A program made the position numbers and the translations under genes. The notes beneath the pieces were generated by a model that saw only the letters and a list, made by a program, of their open reading frames with translations, was not told where the DNA came from and made no database searches. Source: Stramenopiles sp. TOSAG23-3 (Eukaryota). From it: DNA of 40,277 nt. Below, piece after piece: positions 1-8,916 of the stretch (position 1 is its first letter; the number at the start of each line of letters is the position of its first letter). The stretch covers positions 1-40,277 of the forward strand of contig LT642183.1 in the NCBI GenBank assembly GCA_900128585.1, given 5' to 3'.

Positions 1-517
1 CTATTTCTATATATACAAAACGATCATGTGATCCTGTACTGATACATCATGACAGTGGGAGAATTTTTCGATATACGCTGAGAGGGATACGTCATGACAG
101 TTTGTAAGCTAGACTATCATCATCATTGATCGAGACAACAAGGACGACTTGATGAAATTAATAATACACATAATCACAGCATTACAAAATGAGCTTTCTT
201 TTCCACCAAAAAAAAAAAAGAAGAAGAAGAAAGAAGATATTTTTATTTTTTTTCTTCTTCTTCTTGTTGTGTTGTATATTACACGGTGGTGGTGGTGTAA
301 ATTTATTATTATTTAGTATATTTATTATTATAATATTATACTATTTTTTTTCTTTAAGAGCATTTTAATCATTCATTCCCAATTTTGCGTTAACTATCAT
401 GTATACACTGATAATACATTGCCACTATTGATTTGATTCATTTCATCGTAATTTGGTTGTGTTTTTTCTTTCGTTTCTGTTCGATGAAACACTTGGTTAT
501 TTATTTTGTACACAACC

Positions 518-3500
518 ATGTCGAGAGAAGTGGAAATCGAGCACGAGGACACGTTCGATTTAACAGAGGAAGAGCCCCAGAAACAGAAAGCAGCCATTTC
601 GAGAGAAGTGGAAATCGAACTCGAGGCCGTGTTCGGTTCAACCGAGGAAGAACCCCAGAAACGCTCTGGGGGCGACGTGCCAACTTTCTGCGTTGGTAGG
701 CGTGTGCTGATCAAACTGCATGAAGGGGGAGTGAAAACATCGTACAAAAGCACTATCGTGGGAATACGGCGGAAGAAAGGGAAGAAAATAGGGAAGCCGC
801 AGGCGTACTACATTGTGTACGACAATTTTTGCGAACTGTATGAGTTCGATCCGAAAGAAGACGAGTATGAGGATTTGACTGAAAGAATTGATATGATAAA
901 GGACCCTCGGATCAAACGTTTGGGCTGTGAGATGCGGCGCATATGGGCCATTTGCTCTGCGTTTAAAATATATTCTTACGAAGAGACCCCACGGGAAGAC
1001 GCGGAAGGTGAATTGCCCGATAAAATGAAACTGGGGGATTGCTTGAACGTTGTGTACTCCGCACAAGAACTTCTGCTGGGAGCAGTCACGGGTGGAGAAG
1101 TGGACGTCGATGGTGTTAACCAGGAGGCTAAGCAGTTAGAGGGAATTCTTGATGTTCTGAAGCCTGCGATTCGATGGAGTGAGGAAATGGCTGCATTTGT
1201 GGATGCCCCCTTTCCAGAGGAACCTTCAGAAATATACCGCAAAATGGAACAGGGGGAGCAACTTTTTGAAAGAGCGCGCCTCGACGATCAACACGGGTTT
1301 CCCGTGATTGTTGATACTAGTAAGTTGGAAGTGAACCTGGATCACCTATCGTGGGTATTGGAGGCGTCTCAGGTATTTTCTGATGCAGCGCCGGCCCAAG
1401 ATGCACCTGATACACCCCTCCAAATGATAGAATTCCGACGTTTGAAACAGTTAGTCGCGTCAGGTAAAACGAACGGTATTTCGACGGTCCCTAGTAAGAA
1501 CATTATGAGACGCCTGGAGGATATACTGTTTTCTGCGAACACGTGGGAAAGGGGAGCAGCAGAGTGCATATTGGCATTGAAAAATGGGCGTTGTGTGGAT
1601 TTGAAGGTGTTAGAGGGGGTAATCGAACGGGCGAAAAAATGTGCATTTCCGAAGAATCTGCGCCTTCCGGGCTTAGAAAGGGCGCAGCAGGCTATGTTAA
1701 CTGTCCAGAAACGGGACGATATCTACGCTGAATTTTTATCCGCTGCTGAGAGCCCAAATTTGCTGGACTGTTTTCGTAAATTTGAAAATCGGCTAAGGAA
1801 ATTGGAAGACAAGGTAAATATTGTTTCCGAAATTAGTACCAAGTACGGTTCCCTTAAGGAAGAAATCGTGTTCTTGCAGGAAGCAAAATCGCTGGAAACA
1901 AGACTGGAAACGCAACGTTCTGGAACGGATCAGGGAGGCAGACCATACAATACCAGAGATAAGAACGAGGGCAGCGCCCCTATCGAGTCCCAACCATGCT
2001 CAAAGGAGGAACTTGAGACCGCCATAAAAAACGGTTTAGCATTAAGCAAGAAGCAAGCTCTTTCCACTTCGTCTCAGCATATCATGGAACGGCTGCAAAC
2101 AGAATTGCAAAATGTCAAGAACTTCGAGGCGCGGATCGAGGTCGCATTATCCGACGAGAATATTCCTTTCAAGAATGTGCAACTTTTAATTGAAGAAGCT
2201 TCAGGCTTGCCGATAAATATGACACCTGCGATAAAAAATTTAACGCGACGCTTGCTCTTCCTTCAGTGGGACGCAGAAGCATCTGCGTTGATTTCTGGTG
2301 CCAATAGCAAAGAATCAAGCATTAGCACCGAGTCACTCATGGCAGTTGAGGCTTTCGTACAAGAAATCTCCGCACTGATAAAACAAGATGGCAAAGATAC
2401 TGACACGATGCTCTTGTCCTTCTTTCAGCATCACAAAGTTGGAGAAAAATACCGGAAAATGAAGAGTATTCATCAACATGCTGCTATGGTGAATGAGGAG
2501 GGGGGCAAATATTTACAGGGTAGTCCTCCATACAAATTAAGAATCCTAAATATAAAGCCAGAACGCTGGAAGCTTGAAGCTGCTGAAAAATATTTGACTG
2601 AAGCTGCTGTGTACAATGTGGAGTCCGCCCCACTAGAAGGTGTAAAAACAGCAGTTGGCCGGGTAAAATCGTGGGAGTCCCGTGCCCTTGAATTGCTCAG
2701 CAATTTAAACACCTATTCCTGCGACGCATTTTCAGACCTAATTAAAGAGGAGAGCAGTTTGAAATTCGAAAGTAACCTTTTCCTGCCTCTACAGTGCCGG
2801 TTTTTGGCTGTCGAATGGGCTTCCAAAACCGAAAATGAATTCACAGGAATCCTCCGGTTAAGCCAAAGTTTTGACGCGAGGGATGCCGTAGAGGGAGGTA
2901 TAGCAAATCTGGGGTTCCTGCAGCAACAGTATTCCGTATATAACACTGCGCTGAAAAAGGTGCCGGTTGAAGACCAAAACAATTCAAATGCAGAAAACGA
3001 ATTGCGGGGGAAACTGTACAAGGTATATGTCAACTGCACAAAAGCGTTGTGGCTAATCGAATCGCGTTTTGTGTACATGCAAGCAGAACGACCAACATTG
3101 GCGAAACTGAATGCTTTAAAGGATCAGTTCGAACCTTTGAAATCTCTGGGTACTAGTTCATCTGATTCCGAAATTGGGGAGGCGTTTGAGCGGATTTCCA
3201 CGACTATTAAAGCGAGTGTTGAATACCGTGAAAAGCTGCGTGTTTGTATAAACCTTAGTAATAATGATTTGGGCAATGCTCTGGGAAAACATAAACGTGA
3301 GAGCAAAGTATCCATTCCAGAAGAGAGAGACTTGTGGATAATATTTAAGGCCAGAGAATGGATTTCCAATGTCGAAACCTGTCGGAGCCAGAGTTATTTT
3401 AACAATCTGTGGTCAAATGCTCCAGAATTTAAAAACATTAAAGGATCAAAAGGGAAGGTAAAAAGTGTAGTACAGCAAATTCAAGCACAAATGAAAAGAA

Positions 3501-6457
3501 TCAAGAAATCGAAGGATCATTTGGACAGAGTAGATGCACTATTGCGCCCTGAAGCCGATGAATATAGAGCAAAATTTAGTCTCCAACAGATGGATACTTT
3601 TTCTTTATTATATAATTCTACACCCTTCTGTGATTTTGAAAATGTGAAGTTATTAGCGCATTTTGTCCAGGACATAAAGCGGATTGATGAAAAGGCCGAA
3701 AACTTTGCTACTACAACGTACGAAATGACATCTGAAGAATCGGTGAACATTGACGCACTGAACAACTTACAAAAGTCGATTTCGAAACTAAAAGATGACT
3801 TGCAACAGAACCTGCTTCGTTTATCAAGCAAGAGTGCAGAGGTATCATTGCAACGATCAACCGATATCATCGGTGTGTTAAAGGAGAGAGAAGAAATTCG
3901 TGAAGCACTTGAGTCGAAGTCTAATTCTCCAAAATTGATTTCTGTGGAAAAGTTAGAACGGGTTATAACAAATACAAAGAAGTTTAGCATCCTTGTCAAT
4001 CCAAAATGCATTAAAAAGCTTCTCAAAAAAGTGAAAAAGTTCCGGGAAGCATCTGCAACGGTCCTGCTCTCCTCTAAAGCATTGGAAAAGCACATTAGTG
4101 TGGCATTAAAGAAATCACCAGAACATGTAATTCTGAACGAAAACCTCTACCTAGAATCGTTCCGGAATGAAATCAAAACTGGGCTAACAACAAAAATGAA
4201 GAAAAAATACGGAAGCTCGCTGGTAATCCGAAAAGGGACTTCCCAAGCGCGCTGGATAAAATACCGAAACTACCCTTATTGGCCGGGAAGACTGATTCCG
4301 GACGCGCTGGCCAAAGCTGAAATTAAGGGGGCTCAGGCCAACGGATGCAACGACGAAGCGCTTTCAAAATCGCCAGGGGAAGGCAATATGTTGGCATTCC
4401 TATGTGGTAGAAAGTACGTTCATATTCCACGGGAAAAGTGGAGGTTGGTGCCATTTTCCGAAAACGAACCAAACCATCCTAGTTTTTTAAGTAAGTGTGC
4501 GTCTTTCAAGAACGCTATTGATGAGCTAAAACTATTTGTTGTTGAAGAAAAGCAGAGAAAAAGAAGCAGGGACTTTGAAGACGAAGATGAGGGCCTCACC
4601 TTAAGTGATGTGTTCAGTGAGGATTCTGAGGAGTCCGATGAGAGTGACCCTGATTACCCTGACCTTAAAAAGACGCAAGAACATCGTAAAAAGGAGGAGC
4701 CCGATGAGAGCGACCCTGATTACCCTGGCCCTGAAAAGACGCAAGAACATCATAAAAAGCGTCGAAAGGTGCAAAACCCCACGTCTGGGAACGACCAAAA
4801 GGCGTTTATTCTCAAAATGCAGAAAGAAAACTTCTGCAATCTCTTGGAGTGTGCGCTTGATATGTCGAAAGAACGCCTTCGGGGCGAGAAAACCGCTGCC
4901 GCCACGAACGTTTTAGCAAGAAATATTGAGCGTTCTTTGCACGCAAAGTATGGAAGTTATACGGATGGCTTTGATAAGCATTACAAAACATTAAAATCAA
5001 ACCTGAAGGAAAACGCAGGTTTGCGAAACAAAGTATTATTGGGGGACATGTCGGTTGAAGAATTGACCGCTTTAACACCGACGGACTTCGACGTCGAAGT
5101 AAAGGCATGGAAGAAAAAACTTGCCACAGACAAACTTATAGAAGCAAGTTCTAGCGGTGGGTTTAATAAAGCAAGTTCTCCGACCAAGACAAGACCATCA
5201 ACTGAAGCGAGAGAAAAAGAGACTACCCCCATTCTTTCCGAAGAAAAAAATGACGAAGGGACCCCCATTCTTCCCGAAGACGAGGATGATTTGGTACAAG
5301 TAGAACCAAAACGTTCGGTGGCGAAAAAACGATCGGCAAATGATGGCGAACGTTCTGGTGAAAGTGCGAAAAGACAAAGGGTTGTTCCAAAAACTTTGGT
5401 TTGGAAAGGTAGTGTAAAAATGAAACGATCTGGGAGCATAAAATGTGAAATTCATTCGTTAAATGGGAGCCATCTCTCCCCTGCGCCTATGGAGTTGGGC
5501 TCTATTTTAACTGTTAAAGGCCGCCTCTCCATCCATGAGCTTAATAAGATGTGTTCCCGGGTTTCAACGAAGCCCTTTCTTGGCTATGTGAAGAGCGATG
5601 ATTCCAGTGGAGGCCTGAGTAAATTTTGCAAGCCCGAGAAGCCTGCTGCATACATAAAAGTAGAAGGTGGCATTGGTGGACAGCTCTACCTTGTAAACAC
5701 AAAGGGCATTGACGTAACACAAATATATGCCTTGAAGAATTTGCGGCCGGAATCATTAAAGCACTCCTTCGTAGCCGTTTTAGTATCTAACTCCCGCTCC
5801 GGTAAAAGAACAAGCCGTAGCAACAGCTTGCATAGTTCAAGTAGAGGCCGCTCACAGTCCCAAACTCGGCCAGGGATTCAAAGTGCAAAATCAAATACAG
5901 ACAGCGACCAAGGTAATAAGCTTCAAACTCCCCAGCCCCAACAAACCCCTTCAATGGCGCTTTCCGTAGAAGCCCTCCAGCAGTCCATTAGGGCTGCCCA
6001 AAGTGCACATGTTCCGCAGCATTCACACAATCGACCCCCCCGTGGGGTTTATCCCCGTGGAATTCAACCTATGGGTACAGGAGGCCATGCCCCAAATAGC
6101 AGCCGACAATTCTATTCGCAGCAAATGTATGGACATGCACAGCACCAGTACACCCAACAGCACCAGTACGTCCAACAGCACCACCCAGGTCTTCCCCGCC
6201 ATGCCCAAGGCAGAGGCAGGGGGGGTGCTCAACAGATGTTGCAGCAGCAACAAAGACGGTTCCACCACGGTCCTGGGGTTGGATCCAGAGGTAGTCTCCA
6301 TAGAGGAGTAAGAGGTGTTCCTCCACGCCCACAAATGGTCCCAGGACCGCGCAGAGGTGCCCCTCTGCCTCCAGCTTACCAACCACCTGGTGGAAGAGGA
6401 AGAGGGTTTTATAATAACCCAAATAGAAACATGCCAGCATGGATGACTCGAAGGTGA
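518..6457 (+). CDS. Large chromatin/transcription-elongation protein: Tudor-like N-term, PLU-1-like helical region, PWWP, TFIIS central domain, SPOC-like domain, Q/H/RGG-rich tail (PHF3/DIDO1/Bye1-like)
   Basis: Uninterrupted ~1980-aa ORF; first ATG at 518 (caaccATG). PWWP motif RWIKYRNYPYWPGRLI; TFIIS-M-like LARNIERSL...YKTLKSNLKENAGLRNKVLLGDMSVEEL; SPOC-like VWKGSVKM...LTVKGRL; RGG/Q-rich C-terminus. Confidence 0.75.
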   Translation: MSREVEIEHEDTFDLTEEEPQKQKAAISREVEIELEAVFGSTEEEPQKRSGGDVPTFCVGRRVLIKLHEGGVKTSYKSTIVGIRRKKGKKIGKPQAYYIVYDNFCELYEFDPKEDEYEDLTERIDMIKDPRIKRLGCEMRRIWAICSAFKIYSYEETPREDAEGELPDKMKLGDCLNVVYSAQELLLGAVTGGEVDVDGVNQEAKQLEGILDVLKPAIRWSEEMAAFVDAPFPEEPSEIYRKMEQGEQLFERARLDDQHGFPVIVDTSKLEVNLDHLSWVLEASQVFSDAAPAQDAPDTPLQMIEFRRLKQLVASGKTNGISTVPSKNIMRRLEDILFSANTWERGAAECILALKNGRCVDLKVLEGVIERAKKCAFPKNLRLPGLERAQQAMLTVQKRDDIYAEFLSAAESPNLLDCFRKFENRLRKLEDKVNIVSEISTKYGSLKEEIVFLQEAKSLETRLETQRSGTDQGGRPYNTRDKNEGSAPIESQPCSKEELETAIKNGLALSKKQALSTSSQHIMERLQTELQNVKNFEARIEVALSDENIPFKNVQLLIEEASGLPINMTPAIKNLTRRLLFLQWDAEASALISGANSKESSISTESLMAVEAFVQEISALIKQDGKDTDTMLLSFFQHHKVGEKYRKMKSIHQHAAMVNEEGGKYLQGSPPYKLRILNIKPERWKLEAAEKYLTEAAVYNVESAPLEGVKTAVGRVKSWESRALELLSNLNTYSCDAFSDLIKEESSLKFESNLFLPLQCRFLAVEWASKTENEFTGILRLSQSFDARDAVEGGIANLGFLQQQYSVYNTALKKVPVEDQNNSNAENELRGKLYKVYVNCTKALWLIESRFVYMQAERPTLAKLNALKDQFEPLKSLGTSSSDSEIGEAFERISTTIKASVEYREKLRVCINLSNNDLGNALGKHKRESKVSIPEERDLWIIFKAREWISNVETCRSQSYFNNLWSNAPEFKNIKGSKGKVKSVVQQIQAQMKRIKKSKDHLDRVDALLRPEADEYRAKFSLQQMDTFSLLYNSTPFCDFENVKLLAHFVQDIKRIDEKAENFATTTYEMTSEESVNIDALNNLQKSISKLKDDLQQNLLRLSSKSAEVSLQRSTDIIGVLKEREEIREALESKSNSPKLISVEKLERVITNTKKFSILVNPKCIKKLLKKVKKFREASATVLLSSKALEKHISVALKKSPEHVILNENLYLESFRNEIKTGLTTKMKKKYGSSLVIRKGTSQARWIKYRNYPYWPGRLIPDALAKAEIKGAQANGCNDEALSKSPGEGNMLAFLCGRKYVHIPREKWRLVPFSENEPNHPSFLSKCASFKNAIDELKLFVVEEKQRKRSRDFEDEDEGLTLSDVFSEDSEESDESDPDYPDLKKTQEHRKKEEPDESDPDYPGPEKTQEHHKKRRKVQNPTSGNDQKAFILKMQKENFCNLLECALDMSKERLRGEKTAAATNVLARNIERSLHAKYGSYTDGFDKHYKTLKSNLKENAGLRNKVLLGDMSVEELTALTPTDFDVEVKAWKKKLATDKLIEASSSGGFNKASSPTKTRPSTEAREKETTPILSEEKNDEGTPILPEDEDDLVQVEPKRSVAKKRSANDGERSGESAKRQRVVPKTLVWKGSVKMKRSGSIKCEIHSLNGSHLSPAPMELGSILTVKGRLSIHELNKMCSRVSTKPFLGYVKSDDSSGGLSKFCKPEKPAAYIKVEGGIGGQLYLVNTKGIDVTQIYALKNLRPESLKHSFVAVLVSNSRSGKRTSRSNSLHSSSRGRSQSQTRPGIQSAKSNTDSDQGNKLQTPQPQQTPSMALSVEALQQSIRAAQSAHVPQHSHNRPPRGVYPRGIQPMGTGGHAPNSSRQFYSQQMYGHAQHQYTQQHQYVQQHHPGLPRHAQGRGRGGAQQMLQQQQRRFHHGPGVGSRGSLHRGVRGVPPRPQMVPGPRRGAPLPPAYQPPGGRGRGFYNNPNRNMPAWMTRR
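521..665 (+). repeat. In-frame 78-bp (26-aa) tandem duplication at the N-terminus
   Basis: SREVEIEHEDTFDLTEEEPQK / SREVEIELEAVFGSTEEEPQK; tcgagagaagtggaaatcga occurs at 521 and 599. Confidence 0.85.
4628..4759 (+). repeat. In-frame 66-bp (22-aa) tandem duplication
   Basis: EESDESDPDYPDLKKTQEHRKK / EEPDESDPDYPGPEKTQEHHKK. Confidence 0.85.
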
Positions 6458-6936
6458 TTTCCCCTATGAAAAAATATAATACTGTAAATAGCTTAAAGAG
6501 TAATAAGTATACAGACGACTATGAACACCACAGGAGGAGAAATATAATAAAACTCTTTTGTGCGTGATCATCACTTTTAAAATCATCATTGTATTCTTCT
6601 ATTTAATTTTTTAATAGTCGACTAAGAGAAAGGAGAAGAAGAAGTAAGAACGAGGAGGATGGATATAATACAATAGATGACCGTGTGACAACATAATAAT
6701 AATAATAATATTAAAGACCGACGACTAGTATATTAATTAATTAAAATAATAATTTCTATTTTTTTTTCAGACCAGTCAATATTTCAATGGTCGTCTGGGA
6801 ATGAAATGTAGGAAAAGTGGAATCAAAAAGCAATTTTTTTCTTTTACCAAACCGTCTGACCTGATTCATCAATTTGAAGAGACGCGGGGTCGCTTATATT
6901 TTGTGTATATACAAGCCGTCGATACTAATAGTCACC

Positions 6937-8697
6937 ATGACTGAACTTGCTGAAGACTCCTCTCAAGCGATAGTGCGTACTATTGCGCACATATCCAAGT
7001 TCAGCAACCCACTTAGTAAAAAACTTTCTTTTGAAGAGACTTTCAGTGGTCCGTTCAACGAAAAGACCATGGATGTCCTGGAAGTTGCTTCTAAGCGGAG
7101 GGAGGCGCTGATGTCTTCGTTAACATATGGTGGTTCCACCCCAGACCCCCGCGCTATTGTTGCCGCTTGTAAAGAATATTACCCCACAGTTTGGTGTATT
7201 ACAGAGTCTATGGTGCACGGCAGTGACGAGCCTGTCAAAATGAAAAACAAGTACAAGTTTTCTTGGACAAGCGTGCTTGACCGACGTGGCAGAGTATCAC
7301 ACTGGACGAATCCGGCGTTCGTGTTTGAAATGGCTGAGATTCTGACACTGCAAGCGTTGCAAACTAGCAACGTGGCGGCAAACTGCAGTGCGGCGGAGGA
7401 CTACGTCAGCGCTGCTAAACTCTTAAGAGAGGCTGCTGGTATTTTAATCTACGTGGCGGATACCCTGCTCCCAAAGTGGGAGTCGACGCCAGCGCTGGTG
7501 CCATTCGAGGTTAATAGCTCTGTGTTGAAAGCCCTTGCAAAAGTTATGCAGGCCCAAGCCCAACAAATGGCGATTGCAAAAGTCCTGTCTTCGGGGAAAA
7601 AACTGCCGTCTTCGCTGCTCTCAAAACTTTTTGTTGGCTGCATAAGCTATTATGAAGACGCCGCTGGGCTGTTGCGAAAGCTTCCCAAAGACGACTTTGA
7701 CCAACTGGACACCTTGCTGTTGGAAGTTTGTGGGTTTCTCCCCAAAGTGCTCCACGCTACTGCATTAAAACTTCTAGCAGTCGACTATTACGAAAAGGGA
7801 AAGTATGGGTACGCCGCGACGTACGCCCAAGTTGCGAGCAAGCATGTCTCGCGCATAGCGAAGCTTAAGAGCGACCAGCTTCATAATATTCAACCCAGTG
7901 TGTCCGCCCTTATCTCATCTTGCCAAGAAACTGCAAATAATTACGTGGAAGAAAACACCACAATTTACTTTGAAGTTACGCCTGATCTGCCGTTGCCACC
8001 AATCGAAAGCAAATCGATGGACGTATCCCCAACCGAATTCAAAACCCCAGCCGTTGCCTACATATCTTTCGACGTGATTAAATCAGCAGCCGGGTTGTCC
8101 CCCAAAAAATCGATGACAGAAGCCGTGTCTTCCTTTTTCTCAAGAAAGAAGTCCGGGGAGGCTGAATCAAGCAGCAAAGGTGCTGACAAGGAAATCGAGA
8201 AGAACGCTGAAACTCTCGTGGCCATGGGCTTCGAGAAAAGCGCAGCTATAAATGCCTTGAAACAGTCCAACAATGACATGTCAGCAGCCGTAGATATTTT
8301 GGGTAATGACAGCACAAAACCTGCGGCCCCTGCAAATCCTTCTGCGCCTCCCGCGTCGAGTAATTCGTCGAGTGATCTAGAAACCAAAGTCCAAATGTGC
8401 GTGTCCATGGGTTTTGATGCCCAAGCTGCACGGAAGGTGCTGCCAACAGTAGATTATGACGTTTCGAAAGCCATTGACAAGCTATGTGTCGCGGGTGCGT
8501 CGGCTCCGCCTAGTACAGAAACAAAACAAAATGAAAGTTATGGTGATACGCTTGAGATCGAGTTGCCCCCTGGCGTTTCCTCTGGGCAGATGATCTCTGT
8601 TAAGGACCCTCGCGATGGTCAAATTTATAGAGTCCAAGTTCCCCCTGGCGCTGGTGCAGGGACTAAAATGCAAATCCAAACGATGTATAAGAAGTAG
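6937..8697 (+). CDS. BRO1-domain protein (BROX/ALIX family) with two UBA domains and a small C-terminal Pro/Gly-rich beta module
   Basis: ATG at 6937 (tcaccATG). BRO1 features FSWTSVL, FEMAEIL, AAKLLREAAGILIY, MQAQAQQM, EENTTIYFE; UBA motifs LVAMGFEKSAAINALKQSNNDMSAAVDIL and VSMGFDAQAARKVL...DVSKAIDKL. Confidence 0.85.
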   Translation: MTELAEDSSQAIVRTIAHISKFSNPLSKKLSFEETFSGPFNEKTMDVLEVASKRREALMSSLTYGGSTPDPRAIVAACKEYYPTVWCITESMVHGSDEPVKMKNKYKFSWTSVLDRRGRVSHWTNPAFVFEMAEILTLQALQTSNVAANCSAAEDYVSAAKLLREAAGILIYVADTLLPKWESTPALVPFEVNSSVLKALAKVMQAQAQQMAIAKVLSSGKKLPSSLLSKLFVGCISYYEDAAGLLRKLPKDDFDQLDTLLLEVCGFLPKVLHATALKLLAVDYYEKGKYGYAATYAQVASKHVSRIAKLKSDQLHNIQPSVSALISSCQETANNYVEENTTIYFEVTPDLPLPPIESKSMDVSPTEFKTPAVAYISFDVIKSAAGLSPKKSMTEAVSSFFSRKKSGEAESSSKGADKEIEKNAETLVAMGFEKSAAINALKQSNNDMSAAVDILGNDSTKPAAPANPSAPPASSNSSSDLETKVQMCVSMGFDAQAARKVLPTVDYDVSKAIDKLCVAGASAPPSTETKQNESYGDTLEIELPPGVSSGQMISVKDPRDGQIYRVQVPPGAGAGTKMQIQTMYKK

Positions 8698-8916
8698 CAA
8701 AGATATTTTTAGTGTGTTACACTTTGTTAAAAATTTTACAAGTGTGTTTGTTTGAGTATGTTCATTCAATACTTAAATAACAGCCAATTTTCTTGTTTCT
8801 TTAATTATTGGATTTCGAAACTATTAATCTAATAATTTATATTATTTTAGGCTATATTCATAGTGTTGTGTCGGCTTGACAAAACAAAAAATATTTTTAA
8901 TTTTCTGAACATTTTC

